NCBI GenBank assembly: GCA_030390025.1
Contig: CM059432.1
Location: 113,586,001 to 113,650,000 of the forward strand
DNA from: Squalus acanthias
Lineage: Eukaryota
Direction: 5' to 3'
Length of the DNA: 64,000 bases
A model generated the notes under the pieces. That model was given only the letters and a program-made list of their open reading frames with translations, was not told the origin of the DNA and did no database searches. Positions 21,027-33,760 of this stretch are shown here, one piece after another. How positions within the stretch are numbered: position 1 is the first letter of the stretch; each line of letters opens with the position of its first letter. The position numbers and the translations under genes are program-made.

Positions 21027-24000
21027 AGTCAGAGTTATACAGAACAAAAAGAGGCTCTTCGGCCCATCGTGTCCACACCGGCCATCAAGCCCTGTCTATT
21101 CTAATATCATTTTCCAGCACTTGGTCCGTAGCCTTGTATGCTATGGCGTTTCAAGTGCTCATCTAAATGCTTCTTGAATGTTGTGAGGGTTCCTGCCTCT
21201 ACCACCCTTTCAGGCAGTGAGTTCCAGATTCCAACCACCCTCTGGGTGAAAAAGTTTTTCCTCAAATCCCCTCTAAACCTCCTGCCCCTTACCTTGAAAC
21301 TATGCCCCCTGGTTATTGACCCCTCTACTAAGGGGAAAAGTTCCTTTCTATCTACCCTATCTATGCCCCTCATAATTTTGTACACCTCCATCTAAGGAAA
21401 ACAACCCCAGCCTGTCCAGTCTCTCTTCATAACTGAAGCGCTCCAGCCCAGGTAACATCCTGGTGAATCTCCTCTGCACCCTCTCCAATGCAATCACATC
21501 CTTCCTATAGTGTGGTGACCAGAACAGCACACAGTGTGGCCTAACTAGCGCTTTGTACAGCTCCATCATAACCTCCCTGCTCTCATATTCTATGCCTCGG
21601 CTAATGAAGGCAAGTATCCCATATGCCTTCTTAACCACCTTATCTACCTGTCCTGCTGCCTTCAGGGATGTATGTACATGCACACCAAGGTCCCTCTGAT
21701 CCTCTGCCCTTCCTAGGGTCCTACCATTCATTGTGTATTCCCTTGCCTTGTAAGTCCTCCCAAAATGCATCACCTCACACTTTTCAGGGTTAAATTCCAT
21801 TTGCCACTGTTCTGCCCATCTGACCAACCCGTCTATATCGTCCTGTAGCCTGAGGCTTCCCTCCTCGCTATTTACCACTCCACCAATTTTCGTGTCATCT
21901 GCGAACTTACTGATCATACCTCCTACATTCATATCTAAATCATTAATGTACACTACAAACAGCAAGGGACCCAGCACCGATCCCTGCGGTACACCACTGG
22001 ATACAGGCTTCCAGTCACAAAAACAACCTTTGACCATCACCCTCTGCCTCCTGCCACTAAGCCAATTTGGAATCCAATGTGCCAAATTGCCCTGGATCCC
22101 ATGGGCTCTTACCTTCTTGACCAGTCTCCCATGCGGGTCTTTGTCAAAAGCCTTAATGATGTCCATGTAGACTACATCAACTGCACTACCCTCATCCACA
22201 CACCTAGTCACCCCCTCGAAAAATTCAATCAAATTGGTTAGACATGATCTCCCCCTGACAAAGCCATGCTGACTATCCTTGATTAATCCTTGCCTCTCCA
22301 AGTGGAGACTAATTCTGTCCCTCAGAATTTTTCCAATAATTTCCCTACCACTGATGTTAGGCTCACTGGCCTGTAATTCCCTGGTTTATCTCTACTACCC
22401 TTCTTGAATAATGGTACTACGTTAGCTGTCCTCCAGTCCTCTGGCACCTCCCCTGTGGCCAGAGAGGTTCTGAAAATTTGTGTCAGAGCCCCTGCAATCT
22501 CCTCCCTTGCCTCACACAGCAGCCTGGGATACATCTCGTCTGGGCCTGGGGATTTATCCACTTTTAAGCCCACTAAAACCGCTAGTACCTCCTCCCTCTC
22601 AATACTAATTTGTTCAAGTATATCACAATCCCCCTGCCTGATTTCTATGCCTACATCGTCCTTCTCCATAGTGAACACAGATGCAAAATATTCATTTAAA
22701 ACCTCACCTACATCTTCCGGCTCTACATACAGATCGCCACTTTGGTCCCTAATGGGCCCTACTCTTTCCCTGGTTATCCTCTTGCCCTTAATATACTTAT
22801 AAAACACCTTGGGATTTTCCTTTATTTTGCCCGCCAGTGGTTTTTCATGCCCCCCTTTTGCTCTCCTAATTTCTTTTTTAAGTACCCCCCTGCACTTTCT
22901 ATACTCCTCTAGGGTTTCCACTGTTTTTAGTCCTTTGTATCTGCCAAAAGCCTCCCTTTTTTCCTAATCCATTCTTGTATATCCCTTGACGTCCAGGGAA
23001 CCCTGGACTTGTTGGTCCCACCCTTGATCTTTACGGGAACATGTTAGCGCTGTACTCTCTCTATTTCCTTTCTGAATGACTCCCACTGCTCTGATGTGGA
23101 TTTTCCTACAAGTAGCTGATCCCAGTCCACTTTGGCTAGATCCTGCCTTATCATATTAAAATCGGCCTTCCCGCAATTTAGAACCTTTATTTATGGTCCA
23201 TCTTTGTCCTTTTCCATGACTACCTTAAATCTTATCGAATTATGGTCACTGTCACCAAAATGCTCTCCTACTGACACTTCTACCACTTGCCCGGCTACAT
23301 TCCCTAGAAGTAGGTCCAGTATCTTGTAGGACTTTCTACATGTTGGCTCAAAAAGCTCTCCTGGATGCACTTTGAGAATTCCGCACCCTTTAAGCCTTTC
23401 ACACTGACTATCCCAGTTAATATTGGGGAAGTTGAAATCCCCTACTATTATTATCCTATTAATTCTACACTTCTCTGAGATTTGCCTACATATCTGTTCC
23501 TCTATCTCCCCCTGACTGCTTGGGGGCCTATAGTACACTCCCAGCAAAGTGCTTGCCCCCTTTTTGTTTTTAAGTTCTACCCATATGGCCTCATTAGAGG
23601 AACCTGCTAAGATATCATCCCTCCTTACTGCAGTAATTGACTCCTTGATTAATATTGCGACACCCCCTCCTCTTTTACACCCCCCTCTGTCTCGCCTGAA
23701 GATTCTATACCCCGGAATATTGAGCTGCCAGTCCTGTCCCTCCCTCAACCATGTCTCTGTGATAACAACAATATCATACTCCCATGTGTTCATCAACACC
23801 TTCAATTCATCTGCCTTACTCGCAAGACTCCTTGCATTAAAATAAATGCCATCCAGCCTTGCTATACTCCCTTGTGCCATTACATATTTGCTCTGCCTTC
23901 CAGACTGACTTGTTTTTTCCTCTATTTGGCTGTGCATCACCCCCTACTATAGCTCCACTCCGTATCCCATCCCCCTGCCAAGTTAGTTTTAACCATCCCA

Positions 24001-26062
24001 ACAGTACTAGCAAACCTCCTTGCAAGGATGTTGGTCCCATTCCGGTTCAGGTGCAACCCGTCCGGCTTGTACAGGTCCCACCTTCCCCAGAAACAGACCC
24101 AGTGATCCAGGAAACTAAAGCCCTCCCTCCTGCACTAACTCTTTAGCCACGCATTCATCTGCTCTATCCTCCTATTCCTATACTCACTAGCACGTGGCAC
24201 CGGGAGTAATCCAGAGATTACAACATTTGAGGTCCTGCTTTTTAATCTGCTACCTAGCTCCCTAAATTCTTGTTGCAGGACCTCATCCCTCTTTCTACCT
24301 ATGTCGTTGGTACCAATGTGAATCACGAGCTCTGACTGTTCGCCCTCCCCTTTCAGAATGCCCTGCAGCCGTTCAGTGACATCCTTGACCTTGGCACCAG
24401 GGAGGCAACATACCATCCTGGAGTCACGTCTGCGGCCGCAGAAACACCTGTCTGCACCCCTCACTATTGAGTCTCCTACCACTATTGCCCTTCTACTCTT
24501 ACTCCTCCCCCCTTGTGCAGCTGAGCCACCCACAGTGCCGTGAACTTGGCTCTGGCTGCACTCCCCAGAGGAACCGTCACTTTCACCTGTTTTCCAACAC
24601 AGAAAAACGGTTGTTGAGTGAGATGCACTCTGGGGCTTTCCTGACTACCTGCCTGCCCCCCTTCTTCTGACTGGTGGTCACCCATTCCCTCTCTGACTGC
24701 ACTTTCTTAAGCTGTGGGGTGACCACGTCTAAAAACGTGCTATCCATGTAACTCTCAGCCTCGCGGATACACCACAGTGCCTCCAGCTGACGCTCGTGCT
24801 CCGAAAATCGGATCTCAAGTTGGCCAAACCATTGGCACTTACTGCATATGTGGTCATCCTGACTGCAAGAAGCGTCTAGGAATTCCCACATGCTGCAGGC
24901 CGTGCACCGCACGGGACTGAGGTCCCCTGCCATACTTTTAATTAAAAAACTCTCGGATTCTCGCTCTCCCACACTACCTTAACTATGAACTACCTTAAAA
25001 GAAATAAACTTAAAATTGAAGAAAAAAAAGCACTCACCCACTACTCACCAATCAGCTTCTTCCCTGCCGCCAGCGTCACTTTCTGTACTGTGACGTCACT
25101 CTCGAATTCTGTCGCCGCTCCCGCTGCTGCCGCTGCTCGACTGGGCCTGAAAATCACCGACCTTTATTTTCTCCCACAGCCGCTGCTCCCTCGCAGGTCC
25201 GCTGCTGCTGCCGCTCTGTTTACTCACAGAATCTCCCGCCCTGTTTACTCACAGAATCTCCCGCTCTGTTTACTCACAGAATCTCCCGCTCTGTTTACTC
25301 TCAGAATCTCCCGCCCTGTTTACTCACAGAATCTCCCGCCCTGTTTACTCACAGAATCTCCCGCCATGTTTACTCACAGAATCTCCCGCTCTGTTTACTC
25401 TCAGAATCTCCCGCCTTGTTTACTCATAGAATCTCCCGCCCTGTTTACTCACAGAATCTCCCGCCCTGTTTACTCACAGAATCTCCCGCTCTGTTTACTC
25501 ACAGAATCTCCCGCTCTGTTTACTCACAGAATCTCCCGCTCTTTATACTCACAGAATCTCCCGCTCTGTTTACTCACAGAATCTCCCGCTCTGTTTACTC
25601 ACAGAATCTCCCGCTCTGTTTACTCACAGAATCTCCCGCCCTGTTTACTCACAGAATCTCCCGCTCTGTTTACTCACAGAATCTCCCGCCCTGTTTACTC
25701 ACAAAATCTCCCGCTCTGTTTACTCACAGAATCTCCCGCCCTGTTTACTCACAGAATCTCCCGCTCTGTTTACTCACAGAATCTCCCGCTCTGTTTACTC
25801 ACAGAATCTCCCGCTCTTTATACTCACAGAATCTCCCGCTCTGTTTACTCACAGAATCGCCCGCCCTGTTTACTCTCAGAATCTCCCGCCCTGTTTACTC
25901 ACAGAATCTCCCGCCCTGTTTACTCACAGAATCACCCGCTCTTTATACTCACAGAATCTCCCGCCCTGTTTACTCACAGAATCTCCCGCCCTGTTTACTC
26001 ACAGAATCGCCCGCTCTGTTTACTCACAGAATCACCCGCTCTTTATACTCACAGAATCGCCC
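21027..26062 (-). mobile_element. near full-length CR1 LINE (disrupted ORF1/ORF2) nested in the outer CR1
   Basis: ORF fragments 21107-23940 (RT/EN) and 24135-24972 (zinc-finger + SGNH esterase GDSIVRG, GTND), 5'UTR and terminal minisatellite. Confidence 0.9.
25212..26062. repeat. 25-bp minisatellite, ~34 copies
   Basis: Unit CTGTTTACTCACAGAATCTCCCGC(C/T). The spurious ORFs show 25-aa (3-unit) periodicity. Confidence 0.95.
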
Positions 26063-27319
26063 CCAGAGATTATTACCTTTGAGGTTCTGCTTTTTAATTT
26101 GGACCCCAACTCCTCAAACTCTCTCAGCAGAACCTCATTCCTAGTTCTACCTATGTTGTTGGTCCTATGTGGACCACGACAACTAGATCCTCCCCTTCCC
26201 ACTCCAAGTTCTTCTCCAGACGCGAGGAGATGTCTTTAACCCTGGCACCGGGCAGGCAACACAAACTTCGGAACTCTCGGTCGCGGCTGCAGAGACCAGT
26301 ATCTATCCCCCTGACTATACTGTCCCCTACCACAACTACATTCCCTTTCACCCCCCCCCCAACACTTGAATGGCCTCCTGCACCATGGTGCCATGGTCAG
26401 CTTGCTCATCCATCCTGCAGGCTTTTCCCTCATTCACACAGGCAGCAAGAACATCATACCTGTTGGATAAGGACAAATACCAAGCCTCCTCCAGCACTTC
26501 ACCTGGGGTCCCCTTACCTGCCTGAGTTGCAGTCACTCCCCCCTGTTCCTGACCACTAACCAGACCTGTACCACTACCTAACCTAAGGGGTGTGACTGCC
26601 TCCTGGATCAAAGTGTCCAGGTAACTCTCCCCTTCCCTGATGCCCCGCAATGTCTGCCCCTCAGACTCCAGCTCAACAACTCTGAGCTGAAGTTCCTCAA
26701 GATGCAGGCACTTACTGCAAACATGGTTGTCCGGGATCACAATGCTCTCCACAAACTCCCACATGCTGCAGTTGCGACACACCACCTGCACTGTCATCCC
26801 TATAAGGCCTTGTTCTATTTAATTACATTTAATTAAATTTGTATTTAAGTAAGTTAGTTTACAGTTTAGTTTCTTGACTACTTAATTATGGGTAATGCAA
26901 TTAAATATCTACCTGTAACACAAAGCACTACAAGTAGTGTAGGCAAAAAGCAGCAACTCCTTCCCACTCTTTCCAAATTCCCAAATAAAACACTCTGTTT
27001 AAGTACACTCCGTTTAATCCCGCTCTGTTTACTTTTATACTCTAGGAGCCTCACCCAATTTACAAGTGTTGACTCAGCTCCCCTGCTCCCTGTGATTAGC
27101 GCCTATTCAAGACAAACACTTACAGCTGACTGACCCTTAACTGCCACTGACAGGCAGCTTCTGTTAAATACAGTTTTTAAAGTTCTAGGTTTAAATCAAA
27201 ATGTTAAACTAAATTTCACTATTTACAGCTTCTACTTACCCAATACTTACCAGAAATTCCCACTCTTTCCAAATGATACACTCTGTTTAAGTGCACTCCG
27301 TTTAATTCCGCTCTGTGCA

Positions 27320-27379
27320 GATGGCACTCTGCAGCTTGTTGACCAATGGGATCCAGTCCTCCATGCGCTGGTTCCTCGT
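27320..27379 (-). pseudogene. decayed dynamin N-terminus (exon-1-like) fragment
   Basis: Translation TRNQRMEDWIPLVNKLQSAI versus classical dynamin MGNRGME(D/E)LIPLVN(K/R)LQDAF. The start codon position reads ACG in a Kozak-like gcccacc context. Confidence 0.6.
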
Positions 27380-28086
27380 GGTGGGCATCCCAGTTAGCTT
27401 TTTCCAGTGATTTTTTTTCTCACGGACTCTCACTCCCTCCAGTAGCGGGAAGTCATGTGATGCAGTCTTCCGAATACGTCCAACCTGAGCTGGCAATCCT
27501 ACATCTCTATGGGGGGGAGGGGAGAGAGAATGGGAGTGATAACGAGAGGAAGAATTACCTCTAGATGTTATGTAGTGCCTGGTGTTGGAGCAGGAGCCAC
27601 CTACCCCACTCTTTCAACTACAGGAAGTGGTGGTGTCCATGTAGACACTAACAGGCAGTGAAAGGTGAAAATCACACCCACATCCTCAGAACAAAATGGA
27701 GAAACGTTGGGGCATTTATGGTGCATCGCATCTCGAACCTTTTCTGCTCAAACAGAGCTTTATAATTGCATCAATTCAACATACATGTGGAGTACCTGTT
27801 GAGAGCAATTACTCTCTGCAGGGCTTTCATTTTGATTAAATGGCTGGAATCAATACTAATGCAGTGATTAGCTCTCTCTTGTAAAATGTCTGGTGTACTT
27901 GGTAAGAATGTTGATTTTTAGAATGTTAATTGTGTATATTTGCACTTCCCTGTGAAAACATTCTCTCCACTGCTGTTCGAAGTTTAAAATAAAATCTGTT
28001 TGGCTTTGTAGTTAGAGGGTTGGAGAGTTTTTAACACTTGAATTTCCAAGCAGCAATTGATTTTTTTATTGTAGACCAATGGGAAA

Positions 28087-28484
28087 TAAAAGAAAAGAAA
28101 GACTTGCATTTCTATAGCACCTTTCACGACCACCGGACATCCCAAAGCGCTTTACAGCCAATGAAGTACTTTTGAAGTGTAGTCACTGTTGTAATGTAGG
28201 AAACGTGGCAGCCAATTTGCGCACAGCAAGCTCCCATAAACAGCAATGTGATAATGACCAGATCATCTGTTTTTTAGTGATGTTGATTGAGGGATAAATA
28301 TTGGCCAGGACACCGGGGATAACTCCCCTGCTATTCTTCGAAATAGTGCTATGGGATCTTTTGCATCCACCTGAGAGAGCAGACGGGGCCTCGGTTTAAC
28401 GTCTCATCCAAAAGATGGCACCTCCGACAGTGCAGCACTCCCTCAGCACTGCACTGGCGTGTCAGCCTAGATTTTTGTGCTCAA
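28087..28484 (-). mobile_element. Deu-domain SINE (SacSINE1-like) with L2-type tail
   Basis: Minus strand contains ggatgagacgttaaaccgagg...aagatcccat...ccccggtgtcctggccaa (Deu domain) and tail tgtaaagcgctttggg...tatagaaatgcaagtctt. Confidence 0.75.
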
Positions 28485-29186
28485 TGCATTGAATATATGT
28501 GGTGGTGATGAATTCCAGGGCTTTGTATTGTGCCAAAGCAATTGCTGGCTTTATAAGATGCTCTTTCCCATCCCCCAGCTCCAATCTAATTTAATTTGTT
28601 CTGTTTAAAAGGCAAGCTGGTTGTGGTTATTTATGAAAATTAGAAATTTAATTTAAGAAAATTACAAGACAAACTCCACAATTCCAAGTTCCATTTAGCT
28701 CTTGGGTTATTCAGTCCATGTTTCGTTTTTACATGAAAGATTAAGTGCAAACTTGCTTTGTCATGTGGTTACGCACTGAAAAGATTAAGATGGTTAACAA
28801 TGGACTGGATCAAGAAGATAACTGCGGCAGTACACTACAAAATGCAATCACTAGTACAATGTAAGGTTAGTTGGTTGTCGCTGTTATTTTCTTTTCATAA
28901 TGTTGAATTGTGTCTAGCTGTAAAATGCATGGTTTGTAACAATTTTCTCTCTGAAGAACTGAGGTAAAGGATCAAGGCCCAGACAAGAATAAAGAGCTGT
29001 GATAAATGGGGAATAATTAGCTGATGCCAACTTTGAGTTTTAAATGTCTGAACATTGTAGGAGGAATGAAAGAACTAAAGTGCAAATTGAATCTAAAGAA
29101 AAAGACATATAACAAGTACTTAGATACTAAAGTAGAGGAGGACAAAAGGGATAGAACTTAGGAGAGAAGTTTTAAAAAACCATCAG

Positions 29187-30830
29187 GAACATAGGAACAT
29201 AAGAAATAGGTTCAGGAGTAGGCCATTGAGCCCTTCGAGCCTGCTCCACCATTCAAAGATCATGGCTGATCTTCGACCTCAACTCCACTTTCCTGCACTA
29301 TCCCCATATCCCTTGATTCCCTTAATATTCAAAAATCTATCAATTTCTGTCTTGAATATACTCAACGACTAAGCGTCACAACCCTCTGGGGTAGAGAATT
29401 CCAAAGATTCACCACCCTCTGAGTGAAGACATTTCTCCTCATCTCAGTCCTAAATGGCCGACCCCTTATTCTGAGACTGTGACCCCTAGTTCTAGACTCC
29501 CCAGCCAGGGGAAATATCCTTCCAGCTTCTACTCTGTAAAGCCCTGTAAGAATTTTATATGTTTCAATGAGATCACTTCTCATTTTTCTAAATTCTAGGG
29601 AACATAGGCCTATTCTCCTCATAGGACAATCCCCCCATCCTAGGAACCAGTCTGGTGAACCTTTGTTGCACTCCTTCTATGGCAAGTATATCCTTCCTTA
29701 GGTAAGGAGACCAAGACTGTACACAGTACTCTAGGTGTGGTCTCACCAAGGCCCTATATAATTGTACGGAGATGCCGGTGTTGGACTGGGGTGGACAAAA
29801 ATGAGAAGTCGCACAACACCAGGTTATAGTCCAACAGTTTTATTTGAAATTACAAGCTTTCGGAGCTCCGCTCCTTTGTCAGGTACAGTGAGGAAATACA
29901 AATCAGTTACAAAGTATATATAGACAGAGAACAATGTGTCTGCAGAGATACAATCCGTCAGGGAGGCATTACATCAAAGACACAGCAGAGTACAGCTAAG
30001 ACAATGAGGTGGGGCCACAGGGAGTCCAACGTGTTAAATGCTGCAGTCTGCAGTTAAGCTTTTTACTTTTTTTTAAAAACTGGAAATCACATCTGTCTGT
30101 GAACCAGACAACGACGTCGAGTCACGTCCTGTAGCGTGACATGAACCCGAGATCCCGGTTGAGGCCGTCCTCGTGGGTGCGGAACTTGGCTATCAGTTTC
30201 TGCTCGATGATTTTGCGTTGTCGTGTGTCTCGAAGGCCTTCCAACAAAGTATTTGTTTAATGTCTCTGCTATTTCCTTATTCCCCATGATAATTTCTCCT
30301 GTCTCTGCCTGTAAGGGACCCATGTTTACTTTCGCTAATCTCTGACTTTTTACATACCTATAGAAGCTTTTACAATCTGTTTTTATGTCTCTTGCTAGTT
30401 TACTCCCATATTATATTTTCTCTCTCTTTATCAATTTCTTGGTCCTCCTTTGCTGAATTCTAAAATCTTCCCAATCCTCAGGCTTGTTGCTCTTTTTGGC
30501 AACATTATAAGTCACTTCCTTAAATCTAATACTGTCTTTCATTTCTCCTGTTAGCCACGGTTGGGCCATTTTTCCCTTGGGGTTTTTATTCCTGAAGGGA
30601 ATGTACATTTGTTGCAAATTATGAATTATTTATTTAAATGTTTGCCATTGCTTACCTAGTGTTGTATCTTTTAATCTAGTTTCCCAACCTACCCTAGCCA
30701 ACTTGCCTCTCATACCTACGTAGTTTGCTTTGTTCAGATTTAAGACCCTAGTTTCAGACTTAAATAAATCACTCTCAAGCTCAATATAAATTCGAGCATA
30801 TTATGATCACTGCACCCCAGAGGCTCCTAA
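29187..30830 (-). mobile_element. CR1 LINE fragment with internal deletion, interrupted by a Penelope piece
   Basis: 3' tail and ORF2 C-terminus (29187-29765) plus mid-ORF2 (30241-30830). Confidence 0.85.
29766..30240 (-). mobile_element. Penelope-like element 3' fragment
   Basis: Homologous to 36660-37080: GIY-YIG C-terminus and hammerhead-containing tail. Confidence 0.85.
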
Positions 30831-31419
30831 GATAAAGAGAAATTACAAAATCAAATTATCAAGGAATATAAAAAGAAATAATAACGTGTTCTATAGACGC
30901 ATAAATAACAAAAGGAAAGCTAAAGTAGGAAATACCAGCGCAACCGAGCGGAAACTTTTTGCCAAAAGGTTACTTTCCTAAAATATTACAGATTTACACA
31001 TGAATTTACAAACAAACAGAAATTGACGGCAAAAATTGGAATAAATCTGCCTTTTCCTTTCAGTGTCAGTTCAGTACATTAAGAAATGTTTGAATTTGCA
31101 TCAAATTCAGTTCGGCGGGCAGGTGCAAGCATGTCATTATCTACTGCCCATTTTAAGGCATGTAGAGAAATAGCTAATAAAACGTATCATGTTATAACTT
31201 GTTGGAATCCCCCATTATGAAAAACTGGTGCCATGATGGTAGCTGTTGGTTACCTTATTTAAATAGTTAAAGTTTTTGGAAATGGCTACTCAGCAGGACT
31301 TTAATTGTATTTAAGATAATTTATTCTTTTTTTAAATAAAATACTTTTTTATAATAGATTCCCAGGTTTAAAACATAGATCATACATTAGGTACTCAAAC
31401 ATTTGTGCACTATACAATT

Positions 31420-31590
31420 AGGAACATAGGGCCATTCAGCCCCTCGAGCCTGTTCCACCATTCAGTTAGATCATGCTTGATCTGTATCTTAACTCCATCT
31501 ACCCGCCTTGGTTCCATATCCCTTAATACCCTTGCCCAACAAAAATCTATCTTTCAGTTTTGAAATTTTCAATTGACTAGCCTCAACAAC
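31420..31590 (-). mobile_element. CR1 3' tail fragment
   Basis: CR1 tail motif cccctcgagcctgttccaccattca on the reverse strand. Confidence 0.7.
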
Positions 31591-31596
31591 AACAAT

Positions 31597-32008
31597 TACA
31601 TAGAATCTAGGAGCAGGAGTAGGCCATTCGGCCCATCGAGCCTGCTCCACCATTCAATACGATCATGGCTGATCATTCAAATCCAGTACCCTGTCCCTGC
31701 TTTAATCCCCACAGTACACATATCCCACCCTACCCCTGTAACCCCACGTATTTAATTCCCCCTAACATATCCCATCCCCCCACATATTTAATCCCCCCCT
31801 AACACTAAGGGTCAATTTATCATAGCCAAATCAACCTAACCCGCACATTTTTGGACTGTGGGAGGAAACCAGAGCACCCGGAGGAAACCCACGCAGACAC
31901 GGGGAGAATGTGCAAACTCCATACAGACAGTCACCCGAGGTCAGATTCGAACCCGGGTCCCTGGCGCTGTGAGGCACCAGTGCTAACCACTATGCCACCG
32001 TGTTGCCT
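31597..32008 (-). mobile_element. tRNA-derived V-SINE (HE1-like) with CR1-derived tail
   Basis: Minus strand shows A box (gtggcatagtggttagc), B box (gggttcgaatc), V-domain (gagtttgcacattctccccgtgtctgcgtgggtttcctccggg) and a tail matching CR1 47960-48070. Confidence 0.88.
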
Positions 32009-32019
32009 TTTTTTACGGT

Positions 32020-32965
32020 GCAGATATTACTTGCATCTATATAGCACCTATAACGTAGTAAAATGTCCCAAGGCGCTTCATAATAGCCTTATCAAACAAA
32101 ATTTGACACTGAGCCACATAGGGAGATTTTAGGACAGGTGACCAAATGCTTGGTCAAAGAGGTAGGTTTTAAGGAGCATCTTAATGGAGGGGAGAGAAGT
32201 AGAGCGGCGGAGAGGTTTAGGGAGGGAATTCCAGAGCTTAGGGCCAAAGCAGCTGAAGGCATGGCTGACAATGGTGGAGTGATTCAAATCGGGGTTGCGC
32301 AAGAGGGCAGAATTGGAGGAGGCAGAGATCTCAGAGGGTTGTGGGGCTGGAGGGGTTACAGAGATAGGGAGGGGCCAGGCCTTTGAGGGATTTGAAAACA
32401 AGGATGAGAATTCTAAAATCGATGCATTGCTGGACAGGGAGCCTATGTTGGTCAGCGAGCACAGGGGTCTGATGGGTTAACGGGACTTGGTGCGAGTTAG
32501 GATATGGGCAGCCGAGTTTTGGATGAGCTCAAGTTTATGTAGGATGTAAGATGGGAGGCCGGCCAGGTGAGCATTGGAATAGTCAAGTCTAGAGGTAACA
32601 AAGGCATGGAGGAGAGCTGCAGCAGCAGATGAGTTGAGTGGAGCTGGGTGGAGTCGGGCGATGTTACGGAGGTGGAAGTAGGCGGTCTTGGTGATGGTGT
32701 GGATATTTGGTCAGAAGCTCATCTTGGGGTCAAATACGACACCAAGGTTGCGAACGCGTTGGTTCAGCCTCAGCCAGTTGCCAGGGAGAGGGATTGAGTC
32801 GGTGGCTAGGGAACGGATTTTGTGGCGTGGACTGAAGATAATGGCTTCGGTCTTGCCAATATTTAGTTGGAGGAAATTTCTGCTCATCCAGTACTGGATG
32901 TCGGACAAGCTGTGTGACCCATCAGGTAGAATGGAGGGATCGAGAGAGGTGGTGGTGAGGTAGGG
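32020..32965 (-). mobile_element. L2 LINE 3' fragment
   Basis: WMSRNFLQLNIGKTEAI, VRNLGVVFD, AFS..GPKLWNSLP and LLKTYLF motifs plus an L2 tail. Confidence 0.85.
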
Positions 32966-32980
32966 CTGGCTGTTGTCAGG

Positions 32981-33760
32981 GTACAACAGCTTTTTGGGGA
33001 GAGAGTTCCAGATTTCCACTACTCTTTGTGTGAAGAAGTGCTTCCTGACATCACCCCTGAACAGCTTAAATCTAATTTTAAGGTTATGTCCGCTTGTTCT
33101 GGACTCCCCCACCAGAGGAAAGAATTTCTCTCTATTTACCCTATCAACTCCTTCAATCACCTTAAATGCCTCAATTAGATCACCCCTTAATCTTCTTTAC
33201 TCGAGGGAATACAAGCCTAGTCTATGCAACCTGCACCCCTCCTCCAAGCCAATATATTCTTCCTGAGGTGCGGCACCAAGAACTGGACACAGTTCTCCAG
33301 ATGGGGTCTAACCAAAGTTTTATACAACTATCGCATAACTTCCACCCCTTTGTATTTCAGTTCCCTTGAGATGAAGGATAACATATATTGCCTTTTTTAA
33401 TTATTTTTTGTACCTGTCTTCTAGTTTTTAGTGATTTCTCTACATGGACCACTAAATCTCCCTACTCCTCCACAGTTCGTAGATTCTCATCATTTAGAAA
33501 ACACTCTGATCTATCTTTCTTCAGTCCAAAGTGGATGACCTCACACTGCCCACATTGAACTCCATCTGCCACAGTTTTACCCACTCACTTAATCTATCAA
33601 TGTCCCTTTGGAACTTTCTACTCCCATCTACACTATTTACAGTACTGTGCCACCTCATTTAGTGTAGTCAGCAGACTTGGATATATGGCTCTCTATTCCT
33701 TCATCTAAGTAATTGATAAATATAGTGGAAAGCTGAGGCCCCTGTACAGATCCCTGGACC
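32981..33760 (-). mobile_element. older CR1 RT/C-terminal fragment
   Basis: FFTQRVVEIWNSLP and degenerate RT sequence. Confidence 0.75.

Larger units (their letters stand above)
19491..27317 (-). mobile_element. outer CR1 LINE in three pieces (19491-19705, 20604-21026, 26063-27317)
   Basis: The pieces are colinear: EN start (IAITETWLQ), ORF1 esterase end, ORF1 (VVGDSIVRG; CRNCSMWE...HVCSKC) and 5'UTR. They rejoin once the two inserts are removed. Confidence 0.85.

Noticed and set aside
25212..26062. CRISPR-like array, or protein-coding ORFs 24985-26082 and 25416-26144
   Set aside because: Head-to-tail 25-bp units with no unique spacers, no cas genes and a eukaryotic context. The ORFs are stop-free repeat translations.
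31930..32008. tRNA gene
   Set aside because: A/B boxes belong to the head of a V-SINE.
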